From Gammaproteobacteria bacterium (GTDB taxonomy: Bacteria > Pseudomonadota > Gammaproteobacteria > Arenicellales > Poriferihabitantaceae), in NCBI GenBank assembly GCA_011523765.1, contig WTGA01000163.1, positions 9,100-73,099 on the forward strand: DNA of 64,000 nucleotides, read 5' to 3'. The translations under genes and the position numbers were made by a program. The notes below the pieces were generated by a model, which searched no databases, was not told the origin of the DNA, and saw nothing but the letters and a program-made list of their open reading frames with translations. Position 1 is the first letter of the stretch. Each line of letters begins with the position of its first letter. Below are positions 62,819 through 64,000 of the stretch, in pieces.

Positions 62819-63793
62819 TCACTGCAACTGCATGGAACGGCCAAACAACAGGCTGTGGAGGGTCGTACCCACCTGGTCCGCGAATTGTTCCACGAATGCG
62901 GGACGGTACGAGTAGTCCACCAGCGTCTCGGCCCCCAGGAGTTCCCGGGCAATCAGCTGGACATCTCCGAACCGGTCCACCAGGCCCAGTTCCATGGCGG
63001 TTTTCCCACTCCAGAACAACCCGCTGAAAATTTCGGAATCGTTGCTGCTGAGCCGGTCCCCCCTTCCCGCCTTGACCGCATGGATGAACTGCTGGTGCAC
63101 TTCGTCAATAATCGTCTGTGCATGATGCTTCTGGGCCAGTATGACCGGGCTGAACGGATCCAGGAGTGCCTTGTTTTCTCCGGCGGCGATCAACCGGCGT
63201 TCCACCCCCAGCTTCTCCATGGCACCCACAAACCCGAAACCGTTCATCAACACGCCGATGGAGCCCACAATACTGGACGGATGGGCAAATATTTCATCCG
63301 CCGCCACCGCAATGTAATACCCGCCGGAGGCACAGACATCCGTCACTGCCGCATAAACCGGCTTGTCCGGGTACAGGGCCTTCAGACGGGTAATTTCAGC
63401 ATTGATCTGCGCGGCCTGCACCGGTGTCCCGCCGGGACTGTTGATCTTGAGGATGACCCCCACCGAGGAGGCGGCACTGAACGCATTCAACAGACCCTGG
63501 TTGACCTGGTCCGCGGACAGGTCGTCAGGGCCGATAATGCCATCGATCTCAACCAGGGCGGTATGCTCGCCGCTGACCAGGGATTCATCTACAGTGAAAT
63601 AGGCGATGGCCGCCCCGCCAAAGAACAGGAACAGGGTCAGCTTGAAGAAGATCCCCCATCGGCGACGCAGCCTTCGCTCCCGCACATACTCCTGTATCGC
63701 CGTTGCAAGCATCCTTTCCGTGGCGGTACTCCCACCGGATGCCTGCGCAGCATGTGGAGTCGTATAGGGTGGTCTGTTCTTTCCAAATAACAT
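62819..63793 (-). CDS. sppA: Signal peptide peptidase SppA, 36K type (S49 peptidase)
   Basis: It has an N-terminal TM segment and the S49 core INSPGG..CASGGYYIA..GSIGV. Confidence 0.88.
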   Translation of the reverse strand: MLFGKNRPPYTTPHAAQASGGSTATERMLATAIQEYVRERRLRRRWGIFFKLTLFLFFGGAAIAYFTVDESLVSGEHTALVEIDGIIGPDDLSADQVNQGLLNAFSAASSVGVILKINSPGGTPVQAAQINAEITRLKALYPDKPVYAAVTDVCASGGYYIAVAADEIFAHPSSIVGSIGVLMNGFGFVGAMEKLGVERRLIAAGENKALLDPFSPVILAQKHHAQTIIDEVHQQFIHAVKAGRGDRLSSNDSEIFSGLFWSGKTAMELGLVDRFGDVQLIARELLGAETLVDYSYRPAFVEQFADQVGTTLHSLLFGRSMQLQ

Positions 63794-63845
63794 CGGATTT
63801 CCTCGGTAAACTGATGAATCAAAATAAATTTTATGGATACTCCGC

Positions 63846-64000
63846 CTAGATCACCTGCTCTTGGCGAAGCTGGTCGATCTGCTCTTCACTATACATCAAC
63901 AGGCTACCCAGCACATCCACAGTATCCGCCCCATGCACGGGAGGGGCCTTGCGGTATTCGATCCCGGACCGGGAAAACTTCAGGGGATTGGCGACTCCGG
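63846..64000 (-). CDS. CoA-transferase family III (CaiB/BaiF-like), C-terminal end only (gene starts beyond window end)
   Basis: This gene is not in the ORF track. My reverse translation ends ..GVANPLKFSRSGIEYRKAPPVHGADTVDVLGSLLMYSEEQIDQLRQEQVI-stop (TAG at 63848-63846). That is the typical family III CoA-transferase tail. Confidence 0.55.
   Translation of the reverse strand, partial: GVANPLKFSRSGIEYRKAPPVHGADTVDVLGSLLMYSEEQIDQLRQEQVI

Overview
This 64 kb window is chromosomal DNA with a gammaproteobacterial (Pseudomonas/Chromatiales-like) gene order, and most of it is dense housekeeping sequence. In order, it carries lptD (partial), a murU-like gene, lipB-ybeD-dacC-rlpA-mltB-rodA-mrdA-mreDCB, gatCAB, tRNA-Arg, an RRM protein, maf, uvrB, tRNA-Asn, and truB-rbfA-infB-nusA-rimP. 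It continues with cysS, lpxH, purF-cvpA-dedD-like-folC-accD-trpF-truA, recR-ybaB-dnaX, SRP RNA and putA. I could not name a complete new multi-gene system; four accessory or atypical stretches stand out. (1) About 4.1 kb lies between the initiator tRNA-fMet gene and rimP. It carries an orphan SWIM/SNF2 helicase on the opposite strand and about 0.9 kb of ORF-free, hairpin-dense DNA that ends in intrinsic terminators. This is my best candidate for something undescribed, either a structured RNA or a helicase islet. (2) There is an AbiEi/AbiEii type IV toxin-antitoxin pair with a double inverted-repeat operator. (3) There is an amine-assimilation-like cluster: a frameshifted GS-like gene, three split glutamate-synthase-like subunits, an XRE-cupin regulator, a Rieske oxygenase and a binding protein. 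(4) There is an operon of an M20 deacylase, a B12-binding mutase-like protein and a P5C-reductase-like protein, next to an ADP-ribosylglycohydrolase and an AT-rich junction. I found no CRISPR array, rRNA, integrase or transposase. Many long ORFs in the track are antisense artefacts of GC-rich coding DNA. All calls rest on reading the sequence and translations by eye; no searches were run.
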